This document shows positions 1 to 13,160 of a stretch of DNA of 64,000 nucleotides, piece after piece. A program made the position numbers and the translations under genes. Source of the stretch: Octopus vulgaris (lineage: Eukaryota); NCBI GenBank assembly GCA_951406725.2, contig OX597819.1:75144001-75208000 (forward strand), given 5' to 3'. The notes below the pieces were generated by a model. That model was not told where the DNA came from. It did no database searches and was given only the letters and a program-made list of their open reading frames with translations. Numbering within the stretch: the stretch's first letter is position 1; every line of letters starts with the position of its first letter.

Positions 1-124
1 ATGAAATGAATTCTCAACACCGTATTGGTGGATATATAATTTCCTTATTTGTGAATTAAGACTACCATTGGTTTGATGTTAAGAAAAGTAGAAAAATTTC
101 AAATCGATTACATGGAGAAAAGTA

Positions 125-420
125 GAGGTTCAGCAAAAGGAACTGATAGAATAAGTACTAGGCTTACAAAGAATAAGTCCTAGGGTCGATTTCTTCCACT
201 ATAACCCTTTAAGGCGGTGCTCTACCATGGCCACAGTCAAATGACTGAAGCAAGTAAAAGAATAAAAACTGCGCGCGCGCGTGTCTGTGTCTTTGCGTTC
301 CCGTAACTTAGCGGTTCGATAAGTACCGGAGGTAATTCATTCGACTAAAATCCTTCAAAGTTGTGTCCCTGCATGGCTGCAGTCCAATCACTGAATCTGG
401 TAAAAGATAAAAAATAAAAA
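125..420 (+). mobile_element. Two partial 3' ends of SINE family A
   Basis: GATAGAATAAGTACT..GGGTCGAT..CATGGCC(A/G)CAGTC..ATGACTGAA..GTAAAAGA matches the 3' half of the full copies at 5739-6173 and 30013-30411. Confidence 0.75.
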
Positions 421-1482
421 GGATCGCAAAAACATAACCCTAAAAATGGTATTGCTTACGAGTCCAAGAAAGGATACCATTCCTTTTCTGAGTATCATTC
501 TAAAGTTCTGGAAAACATGTATGTATAACTTCATACCAGTATGTTGAAGTAAGTTCGTTCGGCATAGCTGAGGTCGCCTAAGATACTTTCAGGACCTGAG
601 CGCTTTTGTATTCATTCCTAGTTCGTGATGTTGCTGACCGCAGTTTTATGCACTAGGTTGATATGATTGTTATTACTGGTGTTGTTTAGCAGGTGCTTGC
701 GGAGTGATGATCAGGTATGTGTATGAGTAAATGTTCTGGGTAGGCATGATTAAGGTAGATTGTCAAATACTCACTCACTCACACACATACACATTTCTCT
801 CTCTTTCAGTGTCACTATCTCTCTTCCTCTCTGAATGCACACACACACACACACACACATATACGCATGCTCACAGACATGTATACACGTATAGAAACAA
901 AACGAATTTTAATTCGGTGTAACCACGTCGAGTAAACAAATACAAACACCTCTATGTATGCAACATGTAAAAATGTTTCTAGTTTTATACAGTTGTGTTT
1001 ACATTACAGAGAGAGAGAGGGGGGGGGAGAGGGGAGAGAAAGAGAGACAGACAGACAGACAGACAGACATACTGACAGAGACAGAGGTAGAGAGACAGAG
1101 ACAGACAGAGATTATGTACTTTTAATTCGATCATGTTGCTAAAAAGATTCCTCTCTGTGGCTCTATACAATCGCTGGACCAACAAGAAATAAGCAGCCGC
1201 CGGCGCCACCAGCACCACCAGCACCACCACTACCAGCAGCAGCACCACCACCACCACTACCCACCTTTTAAAAACGCAAGTATTATATTATCATTAAATA
1301 ATATAGAATTAGCTACTTCTAAAAAAGCAGGATGACACGGTTGGAATGGCCTTGATCATAAGTTTGCTCAATCATGTCATGGTTGACCAAAGTTTAAGAA
1401 AAACAACTTAAAATGTTTTTATATTCTGACAGCTCCCGATGATTGGCACATTCCACCTATTTATAAGCTAGCTACTGTAACA

Positions 1483-1485
<3 letters not shown>

Positions 1486-1513
<28 letters not shown>

Positions 1514-1554
1514 TGTATGTATGTATGTATGTATGTATGTATGTATGTATGTAT
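1486..1554. repeat. (ATGT)n microsatellite, one example of dozens of (TA)n, (CA)n, (GATA)n, (GA)n and trinucleotide tracts in the window
   Basis: Perfect tetranucleotide array seen directly. Confidence 0.95.
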
Positions 1555-2205
1555 TCATCAATTTATATGTAACAAATAAATGAGCGGAAAAATATTCATT
1601 GATATGGCCTTTATTTTATCGTTACAGTTTTTTATACACAGACTAGTTTTAGTTCTGTAGTCCATTCTGCAGGTGGTTAAGTTAATTTGTGAGTGACTGC
1701 TAGAAGATGGATGGAAGAAAGGAAGAGAAAGAGTAAGAGAATATACCTTTCTCTGTGTTGACAAGTAGCGAGGGTGAAAGTTCTGTAGCCCCGCTGTAAC
1801 AAGCCATATGTGAAGTGTTCCTTTTGACTAGGAGCTAATCGAAAGAGGTAGAACCAAGTTTGGGTTCCGTATTTATATTTTTTCTAAATGAATTAGGTCG
1901 GGCTAAACAAAGGATCTTTCGTCTGTTATATGTCTTGACCTAGATTTGACTTGAAATGACCGCAGGGAAACAGATGACACTCATAAATTTCCTGGTGCAA
2001 ATGATGACAACAGCAAAAAAGAACTCGTAGAAAAATCTGGACTGGTTTTCGAATCTTGGCTAAATATCTAAGAAGCAATTCACTACATATATATATATAC
2101 ATACACACACAGACACATATATATACAGACATACATACATGCATGCATACATACATACATACATACATACATACATGCATATATGTGTGTGTGTGTGTGT
2201 GTGTG

Positions 2206-2486
2206 TGGAGGCACAATGGCCCAGCGGTTAGGGCAGCGGACTCGTGGTTGTAGGATCGCGGTTTCGATTCCCAGACCGGGCGTTGTGAGTCTTTATTGAG
2301 CAAAAACACAGCTCCGGGAGGGGGCGGGGGCGATCCCTGCTGTACTCTTTCGCCGCAAATTTCTCTCTTTCTTCTGTTGGCCTGCTCGCTTAGCCAGCGG
2401 GGTGGCGTCATTTGAAGGCTAAAACAATGCGAAGCGCATTGTGACCAGCGATGTGTAGCAACATCTGGATAGTCTGGTCGGTCACG

Positions 2487-2490
<4 letters not shown>
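2206..2490 (+). mobile_element. tRNA-derived SINE, family E, tail type 1
   Basis: Pol III A-box-like TGGCCCAGCGG and B-box-like GGTTTCGATTCCC. Head shared with 23622-23814 and tail shared with 3385-3502. Lies between (TG)n and (TA)n. Confidence 0.85.
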
Positions 2491-2559
<69 letters not shown>

Positions 2560-3302
2560 TCATTTGCATATGACTGTGCGTCTTTGTGTTTGTATCTCAG
2601 ACCTTGCCAACCGGTTTTGGTTTGTTTACATCTTTATAATATCATAGTTCAGGAAAAGCAGGTCGATAGAAAAAGTACCAATCATTAGCATATATTAACA
2701 TGAGAACCAAGTTCGTCAAAGCAGTGCTCCAGCATGGTCGTAGTCCAATGACTGGATCAAATAAAAGAATAGAAATAATAATTTTCAAGACAAATTTCAT
2801 GACGCATGCACGTTCCAAACTATACAAAATATAATATTCCATCATTGACAAATTTGTATTCTTTTTGTCTTCAGATTCTCGACCAAAGTAAAATGCTGGT
2901 AGAGAAATTCTAACTAAATAAGAGCAACAACAAGAGCAACAACACAGACAATTACAACGGTAGTAACAAAGGTAACAGTCGCAATCGCAGCTTAGAAAAG
3001 AAACACACCAGCGACAAGTTATTTATCAATGTTCTGTATCCAGGTGATGATGCCAGACATAAAGCTGAAGACGTTACGAGGAGAATATTCCAAATAGCTT
3101 ACATGTAAAATATTGGAATATCGGAGAGAAGAGCTTAACATGTTATGTGTGTGTGTGTATTTGTTGTTGGTGTTAATGATGTTGGTGTTGTTGTTTAAAC
3201 TCATTCGACTCTGATGGGATAAGATTTTGAAATTATAATATGATCAAATGTATTCCAGCCGTAACCATGCAACGTTTTAGGTTTACTAGAACTCTCACTC
3301 AC

Positions 3303-3384
<82 letters not shown>

Positions 3385-3391
<7 letters not shown>

Positions 3392-3500
3392 ATCACGTGA
3401 CCGAGCAGACCATCAGATGTTGTTACACATCGCTGGTCACAATGCGTTCGCATTGTTATAGCCTTCGAATGACGCCACCCCGGTGGCTAAGCGAGCAGGC

Positions 3501-3502
<2 letters not shown>
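3385..3502 (-). mobile_element. 5'-truncated family E tail inserted in (TA)n
   Basis: Reverse complement of 2378-2490; (TA)n on both sides. Confidence 0.85.
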
Positions 3503-3534
<32 letters not shown>

Positions 3535-3536
<2 letters not shown>

Positions 3537-3865
3537 TCGTGACCGATGAGACCAATAGTGCCATGTTGTTCACAGTCCACCGTTCTTGATTTCTTCGGGA
3601 GTGCAATAAAGATGAAATTACTCAGATCTTCTGGATATTTCCCATCATCATAGACTTTATTTATTACATTTGTCAGTTTTCTAATTCCATATTCCTCTAA
3701 TGCTTTTGTCATCTCAATGACAATTCTGTTTTTTCTTACCATTTTGATGGCTGCCTGTACTTCAGATGGCACGATCTTTGCACCCTCATAAGTATTTGGA
3801 AAACTAAGCAATGTTGTTCTCTCATCATGAAATAAATCTCCTATATACTCTATCCATCTGTTCAA
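3535..3865 (-). pseudogene. RTE-clade (BovB-like) LINE ORF fragment upstream of the RT core
   Basis: Translation RWIEYIGDLF..EVQAAIK..IEMTKAL..IFIALPKK..DCEQHGTIGLIGH resembles the RTE motif FIPLPKK..C.NYRTISL.SH. Confidence 0.8.
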
Positions 3866-3984
3866 AATTGTATTGTACCAGGTTTATATATTCCATTTCT
3901 AAGAAACATTATGACTTCTATAAATACCCAATGCCCTCTTGACATTTACCACGTCTCATGAGCTCACAACCCACACTCCACAAG

Positions 3985-5580
3985 CAGCACGACCTGCTAG
4001 AAATAACAGCCAACCAGATCTCCTTCAAACCACATCCTACCATCTTAAAAACAAGAAAATACATAATGTCTGAAACATAAACAGAGTAGTCATGGCTGGC
4101 TTGAACAACTTTGATCATAGATCTGTTCAGTCAGAGATGATCTCGGGTTATACTGGCACTCTGTCGGTTACTACGACGAGGATTCCAGTTGGTCCAATGA
4201 ACGGAACAGCCTGTTCGAGAAATTAACGTGCAAGTGGCTGAGCACTCCGCAGACACGTGTACCCTTAATGAAATTCTCAGGGAGATTCGGCGCGACACAG
4301 AGTGTAACAAGGCTGGCCCTTTGAATTGCAGGTACTACTCATTTTTGCCAGCTGAGTGGACTGGAGCAAGGTGAAATAAAGTGTCTTGCTCAAGGACACA
4401 ATGCGTCGCTGGGAATTGAACTCACAACCTTACGATCGTGTGCCGAATATCCTAACCACTAAGTCACGTGCCTTCACTCGGGTTATACAACAACAGCAAC
4501 AACCAATATGGAAAGGACACATCAACAGATAACGTAGTCCTACATACCCTTAAAAAGACGGGATGGTCTCTGTTGGAGAACTTTTGGTAATAGTTCTGCT
4601 CGGTCAAGCAGACATTGGACTAAACAGCAGCAAGAACAACTGCTAATACTAATATGAGCCAATGAAGGATTGTCTATTAGTCAGTCGCTCAATGTGTTAG
4701 AAACGGCATCTGAATCTCCCTCATATCGTGCCCCACTGTTTTAAATAAGGAAGGGCGAACTACTAAGGGAACCTCTATGTAGTCGCTCGATTTGTTTAAG
4801 ATAGCAGCTAAATCTCCTTCAAATTACATCCTACCGTTTAAAGGAGGAGGAAAAGACGCTTTTGTGAATGTCATCTTGGCTTATCTACATATAGGGAAAA
4901 GACGAGATGGTCACGGCTGGAATGCTTCTAATGATAGGCCTGCTCGGTCAGAGTTGACTTGGTGTTAAGCAACAACAATAGCAACATAGATATCAATAAG
5001 GCTAATGACAACAAGAACAACAAAAGCGGAAATGAGAGAAGCAACAGTAGCAGTAAAACTTACTGGTTACAAAAACCATAGCAACGACACATAGCAGCTG
5101 CAAGCGGAACAGAAGTAACAGTAAGAGAAATAGCAGGAGCAACAGCAGCACCAGTTGCAACAAATTGACAACAGCAGCAATAACAGTCAAAACGAATGAA
5201 AACACGATACCTTTACGCTAGAAATAACAGCCAAAATCTTCCTGAAATCAGATTATTTGATAATGTAATTCTGGATAAAGTGAATTCGAAATTTTAAAAA
5301 CCAGATAGTCAGCTTGGAGTGCCTATGTTTTAGGTTTGCTCGATTAGAGGAGCTAGGGTTGAACAACAACAGGAAAACAACGGTAAATGATATGTATAAG
5401 AGAACCTTTAAGAGAATGAGCCGCTATGTGATCATTCGATGTGTTAGAAATAGCAGCTGAATCCCCTTAAAGTGTATGTTACTGTCTTCATACATAAACA
5501 CTATGTCTAAAAAAAACCGGGATGGTCATAGTTTGAACATCATTGATTAGGTCTGATTTGGAGTTAAACAACAACAGCGC
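3985..5580 (+). repeat. Cluster of about 5 diverged copies of dispersed repeat D (~200 bp, (CAA)n tail)
   Basis: Recurrent CTAGAAATA(A/G)CAGCCAAATCT...GATGGTCA..GG...TTGATCATAG.TCTG.TC...GGG.TAAACAACAAC. Further copies near 1240, 17180, 17850, 22185, 33280, 40000, 51970 and inverted near 26890. Confidence 0.7.
4154..4477 (-). mobile_element. tRNA-derived SINE, family C, with 11-bp TSD
   Basis: Minus-strand tRNA-like head. TSD TCGGGTTATAC at 4143-4153 and 4478-4488. Homologous to 8110-8432 and 31322-31620. Confidence 0.9.
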
Positions 5581-5595
5581 ACATGGAACATAAGC

Positions 5596-5657
<62 letters not shown>

Positions 5658-5738
5658 CCACCGCTTGACAAATTGACGACAGCGATTTGGCAAAGAGACC
5701 GATAGATAAAAAAAAAATAACTACTAGGGTCGATTCAT

Positions 5739-5927
5739 TTACTCTTTTACTTGTTTCAGTCATTTGTCTGTGGCCATGCTGGAGCACCACTTTTAGTCGA
5801 GCAAATCGACCCAAGACTTATTCTTTGTAAGCCTAGTACTTATTCTATCTCTTGTCGAACCGCTACGTGACGGGGACGTAAACACATCAGCATCGGTTGT
5901 CAAGCGATGTTGGGGGGGGGAACAAAC

Positions 5928-5996
<69 letters not shown>

Positions 5997-6173
5997 AATA
6001 TATATATATACGACGGACTTCTTTCAGTTTCCGTTTACCAAATCCACTCACAAGGCTTTGGACGGCCCGAGGCTATAGTAGAAGAAACTTGCCCAAGGTG
6101 CCACGCAGTGGGACTGAACCCGGAACCATGTAGTTGGTAAGTAAGCTACTTACCACACAGCCACTCCTACGCC
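5739..6173 (-). mobile_element. Full-length tRNA-derived SINE, family A, with internal (TA)/(CA) microsatellite
   Basis: Head GGCGTAGGAGTGGCTGTGTGG..GGTTCAGTCCC, then CCTTGGGCAAGT (CORE-like). Near-identical to 30013-30411. Splits an older + strand copy. Confidence 0.9.
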
Positions 6174-6431
6174 TTGACTAAAAATTCTTCAAGGCAATGC
6201 CCCAGCATGGCCACAGTCTGGAACAAGTAAAAGATAACAAGTAAAGATAGCTTTGTCAGGAATACCTTTGATCTTCTACATCCGTTGGACCAATTCGATC
6301 TAAAGTTAATATCTATAACATGTTACTTTGCTTTCGTGGTTGATTTACGAATACAAATATTTGAAATTCGCAATCAGATTACACAACAACGACAACAGCA
6401 GCAAAACCAGTCAAAAGGGGAAGTTCTACTG

Positions 6432-6577
6432 CAGTCATGGGCAAACTGCGGCCTGCGGGACTTTCTGAACGGCATGCCTAACGGCTAATTACCATGGTTG
6501 TTCTTTTTTACTGGAGCAGCCTGCCTGATGATGAGCCATGTCACATGCGACTAGTCGAAAAAAGTTGCCTATGCCTA
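6432..6577. mobile_element. Possible small hAT-type MITE remnant
   Basis: Imperfect terminal inverted repeats CAGTCATGGGCAAACT / AAGTTGCCTATGCCT; no clear TSD. Confidence 0.35.
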
Positions 6578-6778
6578 CCGTACCACGTCTTTCGGCTAGC
6601 TAGAAATAGCAGCCAAATTCCTTGGAATTACTGCTTATCGACACGAAGAAGGAAGAACGAATTGAAGAACCTACGCTGCGCACTAAGCAAAGTAGGCAAT
6701 CGCTTTACGCGCTGAAACCTGAGGACAACTCAAAAATTCAGAAGAACTCATACAAAATTTCTTACTTCGAGCAATAAT

Positions 6779-7403
6779 GGTTTCAAATTTTGGTAGAAGT
6801 CCAGCACTTTCGGGGAAGGCGTTAAGTCGATTACATTACTCAATTAGTACTTATTTTAACGACCCCGAAAGAATGAAAGACAAAGTCGACCGCGGTAGCA
6901 TTTGAACTCAGGACGTATAGACGGACGTAATACCGCGAAGCATTTTACCCGGCGTTCTAACGATTCTGCGAGCTCGCTGCGTTCTACTTCGAGTAATAAT
7001 CCTTTCTACTAAAGGCACAAGGCCTGGAATTTTCTGGGGAGGGGACTAGTCGATCACATCAGCCCCAGTGTTTTACTGGTGCTTAATTTATCGACCCTGA
7101 AACGATGAAAGGCAAAGTCAATCTCGGCAGAACTTGTACTCAGAACATGAAGGCAGACGAAATACCTATTTCTATTTCTTTACTACCCACAAGGAGCTAA
7201 ACGCAGAGAAGACAAACAAGGACAGACAAACGGATTAAGTCGATTACATCGAACCCAGTGTGTAACTGGTACTTAATTTATCGACCCCGAAAGGATGAAA
7301 GGCAAAGTCGACCTCGGCGGAATTTGAACTCAGAACGTAACGGTAGACGAAATACGGCTACGCATTTCGCCCGGCGTGCTAACGTATCTGCCAGCTCGTT
7401 TCG
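6779..7403 (-). mobile_element. Three tandem or nested tRNA-derived SINEs, family B
   Basis: Repeated TATCGACCCCGAAAGGATGAAAGGCAAAGTCGACCTCGGCGGAATTTGAACTC core; target TACTTCGAGYAATAAT present three times. Confidence 0.9.
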
Positions 7404-7640
7404 TTCTTCGAGTAATGATATGAAAAAAAAACCTTTTTCCAATTAAATTCATGGAAACTAAGTAGGTACAGTTGCTCCGGAATAGTTGAGAATGGAGGGT
7501 AGGGGACGACCAGGTTGTCATGCAGTGTTTATGATCTGTCACATAATTTCACAGGAAAATTTTCAGATTTTGTCTCAAAACAGATTTATTCAATGATATG
7601 CATGATCATACAACTATCGATTTCATCTTTTTTTTTTCCC

Positions 7641-7745
7641 GGGCATGTCTACGTGGTTAGGAAGCTCGCTTTGTAACCTCGTGCTATCTCGGCCTCGTTA
7701 GTGCATTTGGTAAACGGGAATTGCATAGAAGCTCGACGTGTGTGT

Positions 7746-7792
<47 letters not shown>

Positions 7793-7978
7793 TACCCTCC
7801 ACTACTACTTGACAACCAGTGTTGGTTTGTTTATGTCCTCATAACATAGCAGTTCAGCAAAAGAATCGATAGAATAAGGCTTAGGGAAATAAGTCCTGAG
7901 GCTAATTTGTTCAGCTAAACCTTTCAGTTCGGTGCCCCAGCATGGCCGCAGTCCAATGACTGAAACTAATAAAAAGAA
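7641..7978 (+). mobile_element. Diverged SINE family A copy
   Basis: Head remnant, (GT)n, CTTGACAACC..GATAGAATAAG..CCCCAGCATGGCCGCAGTCCAATGACTGAAAC. Confidence 0.8.
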
Positions 7979-8109
7979 TTACTATCGCTGGTGGCCTCAT
8001 AGTATTTGTAGCCCTGGGGCATACAAAATCTTAATGCGGCTCGGGACGGTCATATCTGGAACGCCTTCGACCATGTCTGTTCAAACTGGGCCTTGGGTTA
8101 AACGACATT

Positions 8110-8432
8110 TGGCACTCCATCGGTTACGACGATAAGTGTTCCAGTTGATCCGATTAACAGAACAGCCTGCTCGTGAAATTAACGTGTAAGTGGTTGAGCA
8201 CTCCACAGACACGTGTACACTTAACGTAATTCTCAGGGAGATTCAGCGTGACACAGAATGTGACAAGGCCGACTCTTTGAAATACAGGACCAACTCATTT
8301 TTGCTAGCTGAGCGGACTGGAGCAAGGTGAAATAAGGCGTCTTGCTCAATGACACAACGCACCGCTGGGATCGAACTCACGACCTTACGACCGTGAGCTG
8401 AATACCCTAACCACTAAGCCACGCGCTTTCAC
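8110..8432 (-). mobile_element. SINE family C
   Basis: Colinear with 4154-4477 over its full length. Confidence 0.9.
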
Positions 8433-9356
8433 GAAGCAACAACGTTATCGACATGAAAATTCGTTCCCTCGAAGGCGACGATATGTTCTAGGTTTCCCTA
8501 ATTTTATAAACACTCAAGAGAAATATTCCCAAATTATAGATTTTCAGGAAATCCAGAAAGAAAGGGGGGAAATTGGGGAGTGGGGGAATCAGAATGAATC
8601 ATTGATGGGAATACACGGTGAGGAGAAAGGGGAGGATGGAAAAAAAAAACAATCGGGATAGAGGGTGAATGGGTAGTGGTGGTAGTTCTTTTGATGATGT
8701 GTGGGAATGATGTGGTGATGGTGGTGGTGATGGTGCTGGTGCCGCTACTTCTGCTGCTGTTGCTTGTAGGGGCGATATGATAATGATGATCATCATCGTC
8801 AGGATCATGGTCGTGATGATGATGGGGTGTGGGGACGATGGCGTCGATGGGGCAGGTTAAGGTGGTGGAGAGACTTGGATCTAAAGATATAAGATGAAAG
8901 AGAATTGTAACTAGATTTATCGATCTGTCTGAGTGTCTGATTCCTTATCTGTTTTATATATCTGTCTATCAGTCTGTCTATCTCAGCGTTGGACATTATC
9001 AGTTGATGCTAGATCTTCATTAATTCACCCACGCGTTCTGTGTCGAATTCGAGGAAATAATATAATACCTGTAGCTTGGTGGAGAGGAGCTAAGAACATT
9101 GAAACATTGCTTGGAAATACAGGATTTTTTCTTTAAGTTCATATGTACCTAGCATAAAAAAATATCAATATACAGAAAAGTGCACAGCAAAACGATTGGA
9201 AATTAGATAAAATCAAAGACATAATGTTAAACACAAAATTGCGTAAAATGCAATTAGATATCCTCAAAAATTTGTCTTGGATAAATTAGATGTATACTCT
9301 TCTCTGGGTTCCAAAGAGTCATTTTCTCTAAGATTTCGAAGTAATAGTTAGACTAT

Positions 9357-9399
9357 ACTTTGCTGATGAGGTCTAATAACACCAAAACGTGTTCGTAGT
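9357..9399 (+). ncRNA. Decayed minimal hammerhead ribozyme motif
   Basis: ACTTTG-CTGATGA-GGT..ACC-aAAAC-GT-GTT-CGTAGT. G12 is lost by a CG>CA change. Related decayed copies at 17545-17582 (-) and 52096-52128 (+). Confidence 0.45.
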
Positions 9400-9817
9400 T
9401 CTCCCCCGCTAAAGATTAGACTCACTCTTCACTCAGTTCTATATCTCATTAATTTCAGTTAATCTAAATCCCAGCCCCCCCCCCCACTGCCTTTCTTCAA
9501 AACAGTTAGATGATGTAAGTTTTTTTTCTTTTTCTAATCATGAAGGGTATAATTTTAGTTTATTAAAATATCCTGGTTCACTCCATCAAGAATATATATA
9601 TATATATATATATATATTCAGTCCCTGGGTATTCTAGTCATATCAATAGTTTATAGGACTCACCATGACATCGCTATTTAAAAGATACTGAATCTTTCCT
9701 CATTACGCTACACTTCATAGAGGAAGCTTTGCCGCCAGGAATATCGAACATATTATTTCATTAGTAATAAAGTACTGCTGGCACCTGAATACATAAAAAG
9801 TTTGATTCGCAAACACG

Positions 9818-9881
<64 letters not shown>

Positions 9882-9996
9882 TTCAGCCCGAATATTGCTT
9901 GGAGACACCAGGCGTGTTATGACAACCTATCTAGACTTGTGTCTCCAATGCCTGGAACTATTAGTAGCTCGTATCTTTATACTACGTACATTAAAT

Positions 9997-10061
<65 letters not shown>

Positions 10062-10074
10062 GTATGTATGTATG

Positions 10075-10105
<31 letters not shown>

Positions 10106-10519
10106 TTGTAATTACAGACATGGTGATATACGGAGGTACAATTATATAAGTTATTACTATTAAATACAAGAAATATTTTAATGAGTTACTTGAAACTGCA
10201 TTTCCTTGGTATGATTTTTAGTATCTTGTTTGTATATTTTTTTTTTAATGCTAATCTCATGAAGTCACTAAGATGGGATATGCATTAGGGAATCGTGTTC
10301 ATCGTTTTCTGTTATAATTCCATTAATATGTATAATATATTTTACGAATCAACCCAGTATTTGTCAGATACTTTAGTTTGTCGACTTCGGAAGGAATTGA
10401 TTGTAAGAGATTATCTACTGAGATTTGAACTACAAGAAGTACGTATTGAGATATGAATTCAGTACATAAAGAGTCATAACTAAACACAAGGAACAGTGTG
10501 TCCAATGCTTTAATGAATC

Positions 10520-10650
10520 TGCGAAACCACCGCCTTCCGATGTTAAAATCTTCGGGTCAGCTTTGGGAAGTGTCTTCCGGTATAGTCCCCGGACCGACCA
10601 AAGCCTCGTGAGTGGATTTGGTAAACTGAAGCTGAAAAAACCCGCCGTGT

Positions 10651-10712
<62 letters not shown>

Positions 10713-10940
10713 ATCTATCTATCTATCCATCTGAGCATGTTTTGATGCTTGTGTGTATCCACACCACCGCTTGACAAGAAGTTTTGGTTTGATAACGTCC
10801 TCCTAAATTAGCAGTTCGGCAAGAAGATATCCGATAGAGTACCAGGCTTAAAAAGAAGTACTGTTCGACTAAACCCCCTTCAAGCGGTGGCCCAACATGG
10901 CCTCTGTCCAAAGACTGAAACTAGTGAAAGATAAAAGATT
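10520..10940 (+). mobile_element. Diverged SINE family A copy
   Basis: CTTTGGGAAGTGTCTTC..GACCAAAGCC..GTGGATTTGGTA, (GT)n, 3' end GACTGAAACTAGTGAAAGATAAAAG. Confidence 0.8.
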
Positions 10941-11216
10941 ATTGAAACCCTAATTAACAAACATAGATATAATCCAAGATGTGAGTTTCATCTTTGATAA
11001 CTTTCTTTCTAGAACGGAAATCCCTATCAACTTATGTCTATAATTATGGTTTTCCTGCCAGATTTTTCAATCGCAAATCATTTTACAAACTAATAATTTC
11101 CATTTCCATGACTAATTGGAATGGAAGCTCTATATTCGAGACAATGTCTTGCAAATCTAGATTTATAAAATTTATATATATTTGTGTGTGTGTGTGGTTT
11201 TATAAATACACGCACA

Positions 11217-11305
<89 letters not shown>

Positions 11306-11454
11306 GCGTGTGTCTTTGTGTTTGTTCCAGGCTACCGCTTGAAAACCGGTGTGTGTGTGTAAAACGAAGAACAAGCACAAGAAACAACGCGAAGACGTGG
11401 TGCACGTAAAGTATTAGCAGATGCTCAGGGAAGGAAAGAAAGGTGGTTTTATGC

Positions 11455-11568
11455 TTCGAGGCTATAGTAGATGATACTTGCACAAGGTGCCACGTAGTGG
11501 GACTGAACGAGGAACCATATGGTTTGGAAACAAGCCTCTTGCCACACAGCGTAAGAAGTTTGCACATA

Positions 11569-11605
<37 letters not shown>

Positions 11606-13160
11606 AACGGGATTCCACACAGTTTCTGTCTACAAAATCTACACACAAAGCACTGATCGGCCCAGGACTATGGAAGAAGACATTTTCCCAAGGTGTCACG
11701 CAGTGGGACTGAACTGGAAACCATGTGGCTGCAAAGCGAGCTTCTTAACCACGGAGCAGAGCCTGCGCCTATATCAGATTATATTTACTGAACACGCAAA
11801 CTGTGAAAAAGTTTTCATTTCTTCTTGAAACTCGAGATTAAAACAATTAAGCTTCATTGTCATATCATTTAAAAATGATAAAGCTGTAAACCAATAGGAA
11901 TCATAAAATTCATCACGTTGTTGCTGCAGTGTTTGTTTTGTTTTTTGTTTTTTTTAGTTCAACAAATGACCTTTCCTTTGCTCACCCTCCTCAACATCTA
12001 CTTCTGAAAAGGATTTAAACAGTCTATGCTGCGGATGTGGTTTATAAATTGAATTTAACAGCCAGCATCATGGTGTGGTATTTAAAATTTTGGAACACAG
12101 AATTCGTGGATAACATAATATACGAAGAGTGAAAATTTTTCGCCCTTACACAAAAATTAAAATTTACATTTTCCCTATCATTCACGGAGTATTATCAGTT
12201 GTCACTAACTTTTGAAGAGGTATATCATTTTATATATATTTATATATATTTATTTATATTATTTTCGCGAATAGATTTATTGAAAGTTTTGCTAATATCT
12301 TCACCTCACATTTTCTTTTTCTGAAAAATGAGACTTAAAATTTTACTTCCTTTATAGGGTTTCTGAGAAAATCATACGCATAAAATGTCAAATGCAAACT
12401 TTTTTAATGTCTTACTCATTTACTTGTTTCAGTCATTGGGTAGCAGCCGTGCTGGAGCACAACCTTGTTCGTTTTTAGCCGAACAAACGGACTTCAGTAC
12501 TTATTGTAAGTCTGGCACTTATCCTATCGGGATTTTTTGCCGGACCGGGACGTCAACAAACCAACGCCGATTGTCAAGTGGTGAGGAATGGACTCTCTCT
12601 CTCTCTCTCTCTGACATACACACACACTTATGTATGTATAAAAGAAAATATTTCTCCCAACGTTCACTATTTTCCTCTCGTTCTGGTTTCCCTGTATGTC
12701 TGCACTGTCATGTTTTTGCTCCCCACTTTGACCCTCCATAAATTCTATATCTTACTTTAGAATTTATGGGAGCAATTGTCTTGGAAAATTCATATTATCG
12801 TTGAATGGCGAGTAGATAGACAGCCGACAACTGATGAAGAGTCCTTTCTCGGTGTTTACTTTTCCTGTTTTCCATTTTTCTCTCTCGTTGTTTACGTATT
12901 TCATGCTGTTTGCATAGTTGGTGACGTCCTGTACCCATATATACATACACATATACATACATACATACATGTGTGTGTATTTGTTATATTTATATTATAT
13001 TATATTATATTATATTATTTATTATTGTATGCGACAGACTTCCACGCAGCTTCCGTCTACCAAATTGACACTTAAGACACTGGTCGACCAAGGGCTATAT
13101 TAGAAGACACTTGCCCAAGGTGCTGCGCAATGGAGATAAACCTAAAACATGTGGAAGCAT
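11455..13160 (-). mobile_element. Several partial family A SINEs (about 11455-11550, 11605-11770, 12415-12630, 13030-13160)
   Basis: Repeated GGCTATAGTAGAAGACACTTGCCCAAGGTG..CAGTGGGACTGAAC and TTGTTTCAGTCATTGG motifs. Confidence 0.7.

Noticed and set aside
2206-2280. tRNA-like sequence (Arg-like) here and at 23740-23814
   Set aside because: No proper acceptor stem or terminator, and it continues into a SINE body, so it is a SINE head rather than a tRNA gene.
6763-7419. Repeat-spacer-repeat pattern superficially like a CRISPR array
   Set aside because: The spacers are 200-400 bp homologous SINEs, the repeats are TSDs, the context is eukaryotic and there are no cas genes.
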